Shown one piece after another: positions 8,900 through 19,416 of a stretch of DNA of 64,000 nucleotides (positions are counted from its first letter, which is position 1; each line of letters opens with the position of its first letter). Location: NCBI GenBank assembly GCA_964391345.1, contig CAYMKZ010000002.1, forward strand, positions 69 to 64,068. Direction: 5' to 3'. A program made the position numbers and the translations under genes. Source of the stretch: an uncultured Alcanivorax sp. (lineage in GTDB: Bacteria > Pseudomonadota > Gammaproteobacteria > Pseudomonadales > Alcanivoracaceae). A model generated the notes under the pieces. It saw nothing but the letters and a program-made list of their open reading frames with translations. It was not told the DNA's origin and searched no databases.

Positions 8900-10912
8900 A
8901 TGAATGGCATTCGCAGACCCATCAATATAACTATAATGGTGCTCGCCGTGGTGCTGGGCCTGGCCATGGCCACACTTTCCTATGCCGCCCCCGCGGATAA
9001 TGCCGCCCCCGCGGAGGATGCCGACTCCGGAATCTACTCGCGCTGGGCGTGGCTCAAGGACACCTACTGGATCGTCCCGCAGAGTGGAATCTATTCGATC
9101 TACCATACCGGTCCCGACCAGTTCGATGTCGCCAGGGGGCAGACGGTCTTCCATATCACCGACTATTACAACGGTTACTGGACCGGTGTGGTGAAGGTCG
9201 ATGTCACCGCCTTGGGCCTTCCCAGCTGCCAGTATGTGATGGGGCAAGTGACGCCCGAAGGTCGGGTGCACATGACCATGTACCACACCGACGACGGCGA
9301 TGTGGTCAACTATCCGATCGGCACCATGGTTTACAAGGACGACCAATGGACCATGGTCAACGAGATGACCTCGCTGACGCAGACCAGTGGCACGCTCAGC
9401 CACTGGGCTTACATGGTGCAGACCAGAGAAGGCGATGCGACCTGGGACGATTTGCCCTTCGCCAATGAATCCGTCGAGGATTTCATGGCCACCTGCCCTG
9501 GTGGTCCGCCGATTCTCCACAAGCCGTCGCCGACACCCTTGCTGTCCCCGATGGCGTTGCTGACGACGGGGGCGAGCCTGGCGAAGGACAATCCTTCGCC
9601 GGTGATTGCTCCCAAGACGCTGGCCGCGCCGAAAGCCGATGTCGTGGACGATTCCGGGGTGTACAAGAAATGGTCCTGGCTCAAGGACACGTACTGGATC
9701 GTGCCACAGACGGGCATCTATTCGATTTACCATTCCGGCACCGACCAGTTTGTCGTCGCCAAGGGGCAGACGGTGTTCCACATCACCGACTACTTCAACG
9801 GCTACTGGACCGGCGTGGTGAAGGTGGCCGTCACCCGGGGGCAGATTCCCAGTTGCCAGTACGTGATGGGGCAGGTGACGCCGGAGGGCCGGGTACACAT
9901 GACCATGTACCACACCGACAGCGGAGAGGTGGTCAATTATCCGATTGGAACCATGGTCTACAAGGACGATCAGTGGACCATGGTCAACGAGATGACCTCG
10001 CTGACACAGAGCGGCGGCACCCTGAGTCACTGGGCCTACATGGTTCAGTCCAAGGAGGGTGACGCGAGCTGGAATGACCTGCCTTTTGTTCATCAGTCCA
10101 TAGCGGATTTCATGGCCACCTGTCCCGCCGGCCCGCCGATTGGCCACAAACCCACCGGGCTGTCATTGTCCTTGACGATGCCGACGACCGTGGCGGGCGA
10201 TGGCGCGCAGGACGAATCTATTGAGGATGTTTCCGCCAAGGCGCTGACCGGCAGTGATACCGGCACGGGTACTTCAGATGATGACGCCGACGCCGGGGTG
10301 TACAAGCAGTGGGCCTGGTTCAAGGACAGCTACTGGATCGTTCCGCAGGCGGGAATCTATTCGATTTATCACACCGGCGCTGACAAATTCGCGGTATCCC
10401 AGGGGCAGACGGTTTTCCACATCACCGATTATTTCAACGGCTACTGGACCGGCGTGGTGAAGGTGGATATCACCGACGCCGACATTCCCAGTTGCCAGTA
10501 CGTGCTGGGCCAGGTGACGCCCGAAGGCAAGGTACACATGACCATGTACCGCACCGACACCGGCGAGGTGGTCAACTATCCGATCGGTACCATGGTACAG
10601 CAATCCGGGCAATGGACCATGGTCAACGAGATGACCTCGGTGACTCAGAATGGCGGCACTCTAAGCCACTGGGCCTACATGGTGCAATCCGACGAGAACG
10701 CTCCGACCTGGAATGATCTTCCCTTCGTGCACGAGACCGTTCCGGCGTTCATGGCCACTTGCCCGGATGGGCCGATGATTCTCCACAAGCCGGGGCTGGA
10801 CGAGGACGACGACAATGGCGGCGGCGGTGCGCTCGGCTGGCCGGCGCTGATCCTGCTGCTTGGTTTCGCCGCCGGTGGCTGGCTGGTCCGGCGGCGCGCT
10901 CAGCGGGCGTAG
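8900..10912 (+). CDS. Secreted triple-repeat protein with C-terminal GlyGly-CTERM anchor; function unknown
   Basis: Signal peptide (MNGIRRP...ATLSYA); three 168-aa repeats; ends DDDDNGGGGALGWPALILLLGFAAGGWLVRRRAQRA. Confidence 0.85.
   Translation: MNGIRRPINITIMVLAVVLGLAMATLSYAAPADNAAPAEDADSGIYSRWAWLKDTYWIVPQSGIYSIYHTGPDQFDVARGQTVFHITDYYNGYWTGVVKVDVTALGLPSCQYVMGQVTPEGRVHMTMYHTDDGDVVNYPIGTMVYKDDQWTMVNEMTSLTQTSGTLSHWAYMVQTREGDATWDDLPFANESVEDFMATCPGGPPILHKPSPTPLLSPMALLTTGASLAKDNPSPVIAPKTLAAPKADVVDDSGVYKKWSWLKDTYWIVPQTGIYSIYHSGTDQFVVAKGQTVFHITDYFNGYWTGVVKVAVTRGQIPSCQYVMGQVTPEGRVHMTMYHTDSGEVVNYPIGTMVYKDDQWTMVNEMTSLTQSGGTLSHWAYMVQSKEGDASWNDLPFVHQSIADFMATCPAGPPIGHKPTGLSLSLTMPTTVAGDGAQDESIEDVSAKALTGSDTGTGTSDDDADAGVYKQWAWFKDSYWIVPQAGIYSIYHTGADKFAVSQGQTVFHITDYFNGYWTGVVKVDITDADIPSCQYVLGQVTPEGKVHMTMYRTDTGEVVNYPIGTMVQQSGQWTMVNEMTSVTQNGGTLSHWAYMVQSDENAPTWNDLPFVHETVPAFMATCPDGPMILHKPGLDEDDDNGGGGALGWPALILLLGFAAGGWLVRRRAQRA
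9023..10792 (+). repeat. Three intragenic 504-bp domain repeats (9023-9526, 9650-10153, 10289-10792)
   Basis: Each runs from D(S/A)G(I/V)Y to HKP with identical length; shared blocks such as GQTVFHITDY, NGYWTGVVKV, GQVTPEG, WTMVNEMTS, LSHWAYMVQ. Confidence 0.95.
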
Positions 10913-11655
10913 GTCGCCTCCAGATAGTCGATGATCCTTTGTGAGTCGAACAGCTCCGTTCCGCTGTTGGGATCGATCAGATAGGGCACGGCCACCCGGC
11001 CGGCCTGCTCCAGCAGCTCCTGCCGGTGGCGCTGGCTGGGGTGATACTCGATGCCCAGTGCCTCGCGGACTGGCGGCAGCACCCAGTCCTGCCACTGGTC
11101 GCGGCCGCACTGGCGCAGTTCGTAAGGGAGCTGCAATTCCGTCAGTCGTTCGCGCACCAGCCGTGCGAACGGGCTGGCCTCGAAGGAATAGAGAATCAGC
11201 GCCTGATCCGCGGCGGCGCTGTTGCGGCTGCGAATGCCCCGCCCGCGGCCGGGCAGGGAGGCAAACAGGGAGGCCGGCGTATGGATGACCTTGAGCCGCC
11301 AGCGGGCCGGCGCCGCCCGTTCGCCGTACTGCCGGTACAGGTAGTCGATGATGTCGGCGGACTCATACAGGTCGCTACCGGTATTGGGGTCCATCAGATA
11401 GGGAAACAGGGCCTTGCCGCCGAGTTTTTCCACCAATGGCCGGTAGCGGTCGCCACCCTTCGGGCAGGGGTAGATCATCGCGTCCAGGTCCAGATCGGTC
11501 AGTGCTTCGCGCACCAGCCGGCAGAACGGGCAGCCTTCCATGTCATAGAGTTCAAGCAGTTCTTCGGGTTGGGACGCAGCGGGGCGTGTGGCAATGCCCC
11601 GGCCTTGCTGGGCGACGGTGGCAGCCAGTGAACGGACGACTTCCAGGGGACGCAT
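10900..11655 (-). CDS. Glutathione S-transferase N-terminal (thioredoxin-like) double-domain protein
   Basis: LELYDMEGCPFCRLVRE...FPYLMDPN...ESADIIDYL, then LILYSFEASPFARLVRE...VPYLIDPN...DSQRIIDYL; start MRPLEV follows GGAGA. Confidence 0.85.
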   Translation of the reverse strand: MRPLEVVRSLAATVAQQGRGIATRPAASQPEELLELYDMEGCPFCRLVREALTDLDLDAMIYPCPKGGDRYRPLVEKLGGKALFPYLMDPNTGSDLYESADIIDYLYRQYGERAAPARWRLKVIHTPASLFASLPGRGRGIRSRNSAAADQALILYSFEASPFARLVRERLTELQLPYELRQCGRDQWQDWVLPPVREALGIEYHPSQRHRQELLEQAGRVAVPYLIDPNSGTELFDSQRIIDYLEATYAR

Positions 11656-11927
11656 GAGAGTATTCTCCTTTTCACGAACGCCTACCATGGCGCGCTCAGC
11701 GGCGTACGGCAATGGCCGTTGAGCCCTGGTGTGGCGGATGGCGGGCGGTCCAGGGTAATGGATGAACGGTGACGGTATCGATGTTGCCAGCCGGTGCGTT
11801 GTCTTTTCTGATCAAAATGGGTGATCGGTTCCGTCATTGTTGCCCCCTGGCTCCTCAGGCACCCTGTGGCGCGTATGTTCCATCGATGCCGGCCTGTCGG
11901 CCGGTGCTCCCGTGAGAGGAAGGTTCA

Positions 11928-13139
<1,212 letters not shown>

Positions 13140-13153
13140 CCCGGAGAAAGACA

Positions 13154-15337
13154 ATGAGTGAAAAAGCCATGGGAAAAGCCCTTGATGCCGGAGAAAACGT
13201 GATTCGCTGGGAACAGGACGCGGACAACATCGTCACGCTGGTTCTGGACGACCCTCAGCAATCCGCCAACACCATGAACGAGCGCTACATGCGTTCCATG
13301 GAAGCGATGGTAACCCGACTGGAAAACGAGAAAGACGATATTGCCGGCGTGATCATCACTTCCGCCAAAAGCACCTTTTTCGCCGGTGGCGATCTGCGTG
13401 ATCTGGTCAGGGTGAGCAAGGAAAACGCCGCCGAGTTCGCCGCCGGCGTGGAAGCCGGCAAGGCGCAACTGCGCCGCCTGGAAACCCTCGGCAAGCCGGT
13501 GGTGGCGGCGCTCAACGGCACCGCCCTGGGTGGTGGTCTGGAAATCGCGCTGGCCTGCCACCACCGCGTGGCGCTGAACAATCCGAAGGCGCAGTTCGGT
13601 TTCCCGGAAGTCACTCTCGGGCTGCTGCCGGGTGCCGGCGGCGTGGTGCGCAGCGTGCGCATGCTCGGCATCCAGAACGCCCTGATGCAGGTGCTGATGC
13701 AGGGCCAGCGGCTGAAAGTGGCCAAGGCCAAATCGGTAGGCATCATCGACGATATCGCCGAAACCGGCGAGGAGATGCTCGACAAGGCGCGGCAGTGGAT
13801 CAAAGCCAACCCGAAAGCCAGACAGCCCTGGGACGAGAAAGGCTACAAGATCCCCGGCGGCACCCCCAGCGTACCGGCGTTCGCGCAGACCCTGCCGGCT
13901 TTCCCCGCCAACCTCAAGAAGCAGCTCAAGGGCGCCAATTACCCGGCGCCGCGCAATATCATGGCCGCCGCCGTGGAAGGCGCGCAGGTGGGCTTTGATG
14001 ATGCGCTGACCATCGAAGGCCGCTACTTCGTCGAACTGGCGTGCAGCCAGGTGGCGAAGAACATGATCACCGCCTTCTTCTTCAACCTGCAAGCCATCAA
14101 CGCTGGCGCCAGCCGTCCGAAAGACGTGCCGCGCTACAAGGCCGAGAAAGTGGCGGTGCTGGGCGCCGGCATGATGGGCGCGGGCATTGCCTACGTGACC
14201 GCCCGCTCCGGGGCGCGGGTGGTGCTCAAGGACGTATCGCTGGAAAACGCCGAGAAAGGCAAGGCGTACTCCGCGAAGCTGCTCGACAAGGAAGTGTCGA
14301 AGGGCCGCCTGAGCGAAGAGAAGAAGGAAGCGATTCTGGCCCGCATCACGCCGACCGCGGACGCGAAAGATCTGCAAGGCGTGGATTTCATCGTCGAAGC
14401 GGTGTTCGAAAATACCGCCCTGAAGCACAAGGTGTTCCAGGAAATCGAGGAGGTGGTCAACGCCGATGCGGTGCTCGGCTCCAATACCTCCACGCTGCCG
14501 ATCACCGGGCTCGCCGAGGGGGTCAGAAAGCAGCAAAACTTCATCGGCATCCACTTTTTCAGTCCGGTGGAAAAGATGCCGCTGGTGGAAATCATTCGCG
14601 GCAAGAACACCAGCGACGAGGTGCTGGCCAAGGCGTTCGATTACGCCTTGCAGATCAAGAAAACGCCGATCGTGGTGCACGACTCCCGGGGCTTTTTCAC
14701 CAGCCGCGTGATCGGCACTTTCATCAATGAAGCCATCGCCATGGTCGGTGAAGGGCAGAACGCCAACTCCATCGAGCAGGCTGCCACCCAGGCCGGCTAC
14801 CCGGTGGGCGCGCTCAAGCTGATCGACGAGATCAACATGAAGCTGTCGCTGAAGATCGCCGGTGAATACCAGCAGGCGGCGGGCGATGCCGCTCGCAATC
14901 ATCCGGCGCTGGCGGTGATGGAAAAGATGGTCAACGAACTGGGCCGCCCCGGCAAACTGGACGGGCAGGGTTTCTACGATTACCCAGATGGTGGCAAGGC
15001 GCACCTGTGGGCGGGTCTGGCCGAGCAATTCCCGCCGCAGCCGGCGATTCCGTTCCAGGACATGCAGGAGCGCATGCTGTTCGCCGAGGCCATCGAAACC
15101 GTCAAATGCTTCGAGGAAGGCGTCATCGACTCGGTGGGCGACACCAACATCGGCTCCATCTTCGGTATCGGTTTCCCGGCCTGGAGCGGCGGTGTGGTGC
15201 AATACATGAACCAGTATCAGGGCGGCCTGCGCGGCTTCGTGGCGCGCGCCCGCGAGCTGGCCGAGCGTTACGGTGAACGCTTCAATCCGCCAGCGTTGCT
15301 GCTGGAGAAAGCGGAGCGGGAGGAAATCTTCCAGTAG
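13154..15337 (+). CDS. Multifunctional enoyl-CoA hydratase / 3-hydroxyacyl-CoA dehydrogenase (FadB/FadJ-like)
   Basis: FFAGGDL, GTALGGGLEIALAC, GFPEVTLGLLPG, GAGMMGAGIA, VEAVFE, SNTSTL, HFFSPV; GGAGA RBS before 13154. Confidence 0.94.
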   Translation: MSEKAMGKALDAGENVIRWEQDADNIVTLVLDDPQQSANTMNERYMRSMEAMVTRLENEKDDIAGVIITSAKSTFFAGGDLRDLVRVSKENAAEFAAGVEAGKAQLRRLETLGKPVVAALNGTALGGGLEIALACHHRVALNNPKAQFGFPEVTLGLLPGAGGVVRSVRMLGIQNALMQVLMQGQRLKVAKAKSVGIIDDIAETGEEMLDKARQWIKANPKARQPWDEKGYKIPGGTPSVPAFAQTLPAFPANLKKQLKGANYPAPRNIMAAAVEGAQVGFDDALTIEGRYFVELACSQVAKNMITAFFFNLQAINAGASRPKDVPRYKAEKVAVLGAGMMGAGIAYVTARSGARVVLKDVSLENAEKGKAYSAKLLDKEVSKGRLSEEKKEAILARITPTADAKDLQGVDFIVEAVFENTALKHKVFQEIEEVVNADAVLGSNTSTLPITGLAEGVRKQQNFIGIHFFSPVEKMPLVEIIRGKNTSDEVLAKAFDYALQIKKTPIVVHDSRGFFTSRVIGTFINEAIAMVGEGQNANSIEQAATQAGYPVGALKLIDEINMKLSLKIAGEYQQAAGDAARNHPALAVMEKMVNELGRPGKLDGQGFYDYPDGGKAHLWAGLAEQFPPQPAIPFQDMQERMLFAEAIETVKCFEEGVIDSVGDTNIGSIFGIGFPAWSGGVVQYMNQYQGGLRGFVARARELAERYGERFNPPALLLEKAEREEIFQ

Positions 15338-15496
15338 GTCACGGGCGAGACTCTATCCATGGGCGAGACTGTATCACGGAGCTCGTCGCTTCCCTTTCCG
15401 CCGCCGTCCGGTGGCGGAGCCTCGCGTCAGGCTGGCCAATCCACCCTGGATTGGCCATTCTTTCCCTTTCTGTCACAGGACGCCAAGGAAGCGAAT

Positions 15497-15913
15497 ATGG
15501 CCGAGTTCGAGCGTGTCGCCAAACTGATGAATCCCCCCTTCATGAATCTGCTCGGCATCGAAGCCGTTTCCATTGCGGCGGGGCGGGTAGTTACCCGGGT
15601 TGTGGTACGCGATGAGCTGCGACAGCAGGATGGTTTCGTGCATGCCGGCGTGGCGGCAACCATGGCCGATCACAGCGCCGGTGGGGCCGCCGCCACTCTG
15701 ATGAGGGAAGACCAGACGCCGTTGACGGTGGAGTTCAAGCTCAATCTGTTGCGCCCAGCGGTGGGGCGGGCGCTGGTCTGCGAATCCGAGGTGCTCAAGG
15801 CCGGCAAGACCCTCAGCGTGGCGGAATCCGCGGTGTTCGCCGAAGACGATCAAGGCGACCGCAAGCTGATTGCCAAGGCCATCGTCACCCTGGCGGTGGT
15901 GGTACTGCCCTAG
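15497..15913 (+). CDS. PaaI-family hot-dog fold thioesterase
   Basis: QQDGFVHAGVAATMADHSAG, TVEFKLNLLRPA; AAGGA before the ATG. Confidence 0.9.
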   Translation: MAEFERVAKLMNPPFMNLLGIEAVSIAAGRVVTRVVVRDELRQQDGFVHAGVAATMADHSAGGAAATLMREDQTPLTVEFKLNLLRPAVGRALVCESEVLKAGKTLSVAESAVFAEDDQGDRKLIAKAIVTLAVVVLP

Positions 15914-16008
15914 CAGGCGGCTGGTGCCCAAAGTGGGCGGATTTCTTTATCATGGGCCGCTGGCTTCGATCGGGGAGTCGGTGAATTCGCCTTGGCCCAG
16001 AGATCACC

Positions 16009-17034
16009 GTGACACAGCAGCAGACGATCAACATACGGCGCTTGATGAAGATGCTTCAGGGCGCGGCACGCAGCGGCGTTGACCTGCCGTCCGTGCTGGC
16101 GCAGTGCGGTGTCGCGCCGTCTTTGCTGAACGCCCCCGATGCCAGGGTCGAGCCGGAGGTGTTCGTGCGGCTGATGTCGAGAATCATGGAGCAGACTCAG
16201 GACGAGTTTCTGGGCCTGGGCCAAGGTCGCCGGTCCAAGCCGGGCACCTTTTCGATGATGGCCCAGTCGGTGATCCATTGTCCCGACCTGCAATCGGCGG
16301 TGGAGCGGGGCATTCGCTTTTATGATCTGTTCGATCTGAGTGTGGGCAGCCGCCTGCTGCGCCAGGGGAAAGCCGCCCGGCTGATGGTCCATGCCGACCC
16401 CAGGCTGGATTTTCGTGACGTGATCGTGGAGGCCGTGCTGCTTCTGTCGGTGCGTTTCATGGGCTGGCTGATCGGCAAGCGGATCGAGCTTGACGCCGTG
16501 CACCTGGATTACCCGCCACAACGCGGCGACGAGGAATATCATTCCCTGTTCGGCTGTGCCGTGACATGCCGCTCGGAGTTCAACGGGTTGATCTTTGCCA
16601 GCGGCTATCTGGAGCTGCCGTTGTTGCAGGACGAGCTGTCACTGTCCGCCTTTCTGCCCGACGCGCTGGCGCGGCTGTTCGACGGCAACGCGCACGATGT
16701 GGGCCTGCCGGCGCGGATACGCGCCATCATAGGCGACTGGGGCGGCCCTCATTTTCCCGCCTTCGACGAAGTCTGCGAGGCGCTGCACATGACGCCTCCC
16801 ACTTTGCGCAGACGCTTGCGGGACAGCAACAGCAGCTACCGGGAGATCGTCGATGCCATCCGCAAGGACAGGGCCCTGCACTATCTGTCGACGACGCAGC
16901 TGGGTATCGCGGAGGTGGCGCTGCTGACCGGCTTCAGTGAAACCAGTTCTTTTTATCGGGCGTTCCGCAAGTGGACGCAACAGACGCCGACCGCCTATCG
17001 GCGTGAGCATTGCGGTTTGGCGCCGGAGGGATGA
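16009..17034 (+). CDS. AraC-family transcriptional regulator with N-terminal ligand-binding domain
   Basis: C-terminal LHMTPPTLRRRL and IAEVALLTGFSETSSFYRAFRKWT helix-turn-helix. Confidence 0.9.
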   Translation: MTQQQTINIRRLMKMLQGAARSGVDLPSVLAQCGVAPSLLNAPDARVEPEVFVRLMSRIMEQTQDEFLGLGQGRRSKPGTFSMMAQSVIHCPDLQSAVERGIRFYDLFDLSVGSRLLRQGKAARLMVHADPRLDFRDVIVEAVLLLSVRFMGWLIGKRIELDAVHLDYPPQRGDEEYHSLFGCAVTCRSEFNGLIFASGYLELPLLQDELSLSAFLPDALARLFDGNAHDVGLPARIRAIIGDWGGPHFPAFDEVCEALHMTPPTLRRRLRDSNSSYREIVDAIRKDRALHYLSTTQLGIAEVALLTGFSETSSFYRAFRKWTQQTPTAYRREHCGLAPEG

Positions 17035-17035
17035 C

Positions 17036-17911
17036 GTGACCGACAACATGCAAACCACTACCGCGAGGCTGCTGGTGGTGTGCCCGGACCAGCCGGGCAT
17101 CATCAGCGCCGTTGCCACCTTTCTGTACCGGCATGGCGCCAACATCACCGATTTCGACCAGCATTCCAGCCACCGTCAGGAAGGCACCTTTTTCCTGCGC
17201 CTGGAATTCCAGACCGGCGGGGCGGATGGCCACCGGCAGGCGCTGGAAGACGGGTTTCGCGAGCAGGTGGCGCGGCACTATGACATGCAATGGCACATCA
17301 GCTACGCCGAGGAGAAAAAGCGCATGGCGATCATGGTGTCCCGCCATGACCATGTGCTGATGGATCTGCTGTGGCGGGTATCGCGGCAGGATTTGCCGGC
17401 CACCATCGCCATGGTGATCAGCAATCACGAAGATCTGCGCAGCGAAGTGGAGCGCTTTGGCATCACCTACCACCACATTCCGATGAGCGCGGACAACAAG
17501 GCCGAAGCCGAGGCCCGGGCCTTGAGTCTGCTCGACGGTCAGGCGGACCTGATCGTGCTGGCCCGCTACATGCAGATTCTCAGCCCGCGGTTCGTGGCCC
17601 GCCATCCGCAGCGCATCATCAACATTCACCATTCGTTTCTGCCCGCTTTCGCCGGCGCCGACCCTTACCAGCAGGCCCACGACCGAGGCGTCAAACTGAT
17701 TGGCGCCACCAGCCACTATGTCACTGCGGAGCTGGACCAAGGGCCGATCATCGAACAGAACGTGCAGCGTGTGTCGCACCGCCATTCCGCCGCCGATCTG
17801 CGCCGTCTGGGGCAGGATGTGGAGCGCCAGGTGATGCAGCGCGCGGTGCGCTGGCATCTGGAAGACCGCATCATCGTCGATGGCAACAAAACCGTGGTGT
17901 TCATCAAGTAG
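17036..17911 (+). CDS. purU: Formyltetrahydrofolate deformylase
   Basis: ACT domain CPDQPGII; [38 protein letters not shown]; GTG start after GGAGG (ATG 17048 is an alternative). Confidence 0.94.
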   Translation: MTDNMQTTTARLLVVCPDQPGIISAVATFLYRHGANITDFDQHSSHRQEGTFFLRLEFQTGGADGHRQALEDGFREQVARHYDMQWHISYAEEKKRMAIMVSRHDHVLMDLLWRVSRQDLPATIAMVISNHEDLRSEVERFGITYHHIPMSADNKAEAEARALSLLDGQADLIVLARYMQILSPRFVARHPQRIINIHHSFLPAFAGADPYQQAHDRGVKLIGATSHYVTAELDQGPIIEQNVQRVSHRHSAADLRRLGQDVERQVMQRAVRWHLEDRIIVDGNKTVVFIK

Positions 17912-17951
17912 CTCTTTTGAAGGTAATGGCCGACCCGGTGCTGGAGCCGTC

Positions 17952-18986
17952 ATGAATCAGGAAATTTTTCTCGCCCTGTGCCGCCCTGGCTTCGAGCCGG
18001 ATCTGGCCGCTGAACTCAATGACCGCGCCGTGGATCTCGGCGTGGCCGGCTATCCGCGCACGGCTCGCAACGACGGGCTGGTGCTGTGGTACAGCCAGCA
18101 GAAAACCATGGCCCCCTTGCTGGAAAGCGGCTTGATCTTCGCCCGCACGCTGTATCCCTGTGTCGCCGAATTTGAGGCGTTGCCGGAAAGCGACCGGATC
18201 GGCGCTCTGTGGCCCACATTGCAGCCGCTGGGGCCTTTTTCGGCGCTCTATCTGGAGCATGCGGACACCAACCAGGGCCGCGAGCTGGCCCGTTTTCTGC
18301 GCGGTTTCCGCAAGGCGCTGGAACCGCGCCTGCGCCAGGCGGGGCTGCTGAAGGCCGGCGCCAGGCAGCGCCTGCACCTGTTTTTTCAGGACTCCCGTCA
18401 CGGCTTCATCGGTCTCAGCCCGAGCAGCGTGGCCCTGCCGGAAGGCGGCATCACGCGCCTGCGCATGGCCCCGGAAGCGCCCAGCCGCTCGGCGCTGAAG
18501 CTGGAAGAAGCGTTGCTACGGTTCGTCGGCCGGGGCCGGCCGGACGGTGTGCATACGGCGGTGGACCTGGGCGCCGCGCCGGGGGGCTGGAGCTGGCAAC
18601 TGGCCCGTCTGGGCATCAAGGTCACGGGCGTGGATCACGGGCGGCTGGCGCCGGCGCTGGTGGATGAGTATCCGGTACGGCACGTCTCCGCGGACGCCTT
18701 CACCTGGCGCCCCGAGCGGCCGGTGGATCTGGTGGTCTGTGATGTGGTCGACAAACCGGCCCGTACCCAGGATCTGATGCAGCGCTGGCTGGTGCAGGGC
18801 TGGGCGAAAGCGGCGCTGTTCAACCTCAAGCTGCCAATGGCGCAGCGTTACCGGCAAAGCCGCGATTTGCTGGAGCGGCTCGGCGACGGGCTGGAAAAAC
18901 AGGGTATCCGGGCGCGCCTCCATGCCGCCCATCTCTACCACGACCGCGAGGAGATCACCGTCTGGGTGGACAGTCGCGGTTCCTGA
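17952..18986 (+). CDS. rlmM: 23S rRNA C2498 2'-O-methyltransferase
   Basis: [51 protein letters not shown]. Confidence 0.93.
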   Translation: MNQEIFLALCRPGFEPDLAAELNDRAVDLGVAGYPRTARNDGLVLWYSQQKTMAPLLESGLIFARTLYPCVAEFEALPESDRIGALWPTLQPLGPFSALYLEHADTNQGRELARFLRGFRKALEPRLRQAGLLKAGARQRLHLFFQDSRHGFIGLSPSSVALPEGGITRLRMAPEAPSRSALKLEEALLRFVGRGRPDGVHTAVDLGAAPGGWSWQLARLGIKVTGVDHGRLAPALVDEYPVRHVSADAFTWRPERPVDLVVCDVVDKPARTQDLMQRWLVQGWAKAALFNLKLPMAQRYRQSRDLLERLGDGLEKQGIRARLHAAHLYHDREEITVWVDSRGS

Positions 18987-19056
18987 GTGGCAGGCCGGCG
19001 GCTATAATCGCCGCTCGCCGTTTCTTTCCTTCAATGCAACCCGAGCGGTTTTTGCC

Positions 19057-19299
19057 ATGACCGACGCCCCACAGGCTCAACATCATCTCGACGCCACCGG
19101 CCTGCTGTGTCCGGAACCGGTGATGCTGCTGCACAGCAAAGTGCGCGACATGGCGGCGGGCGAGGTGCTCGAAGTGCGCGCCACCGACCCCTCCACCGAG
19201 CGGGATATTCCCCGCTTCTGTCAATTTCTCGGCCACACGCTGATCGACCAGCAACGTGATGACGCGCTGTTTCTGTACTGGATCAGAAAGAAGGGCTGA
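19057..19299 (+). CDS. tusA: Sulfur carrier protein TusA
   Basis: [27 protein letters not shown]. Confidence 0.93.
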   Translation: MTDAPQAQHHLDATGLLCPEPVMLLHSKVRDMAAGEVLEVRATDPSTERDIPRFCQFLGHTLIDQQRDDALFLYWIRKKG

Positions 19300-19358
19300 T
19301 CAAAAGGCTGACCAGTCGCAGGGAGCAGGACACGAAAAGGCGGATCAGTATTTCTGTC

Positions 19359-19380
19359 ATTCCGCGCGCAGTCGCGGAAT
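19359..19380. terminator. Possible bidirectional hairpin between convergent tusA and the amidase gene
   Basis: ATTCCGCG / CGCGGAAT 8-bp stem with a 6-nt loop; no clear U-tract. Confidence 0.35.
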
Positions 19381-19416
19381 CCATGGGCGATAGTCGATAG
19401 ACGCCGCCACTGAGTT

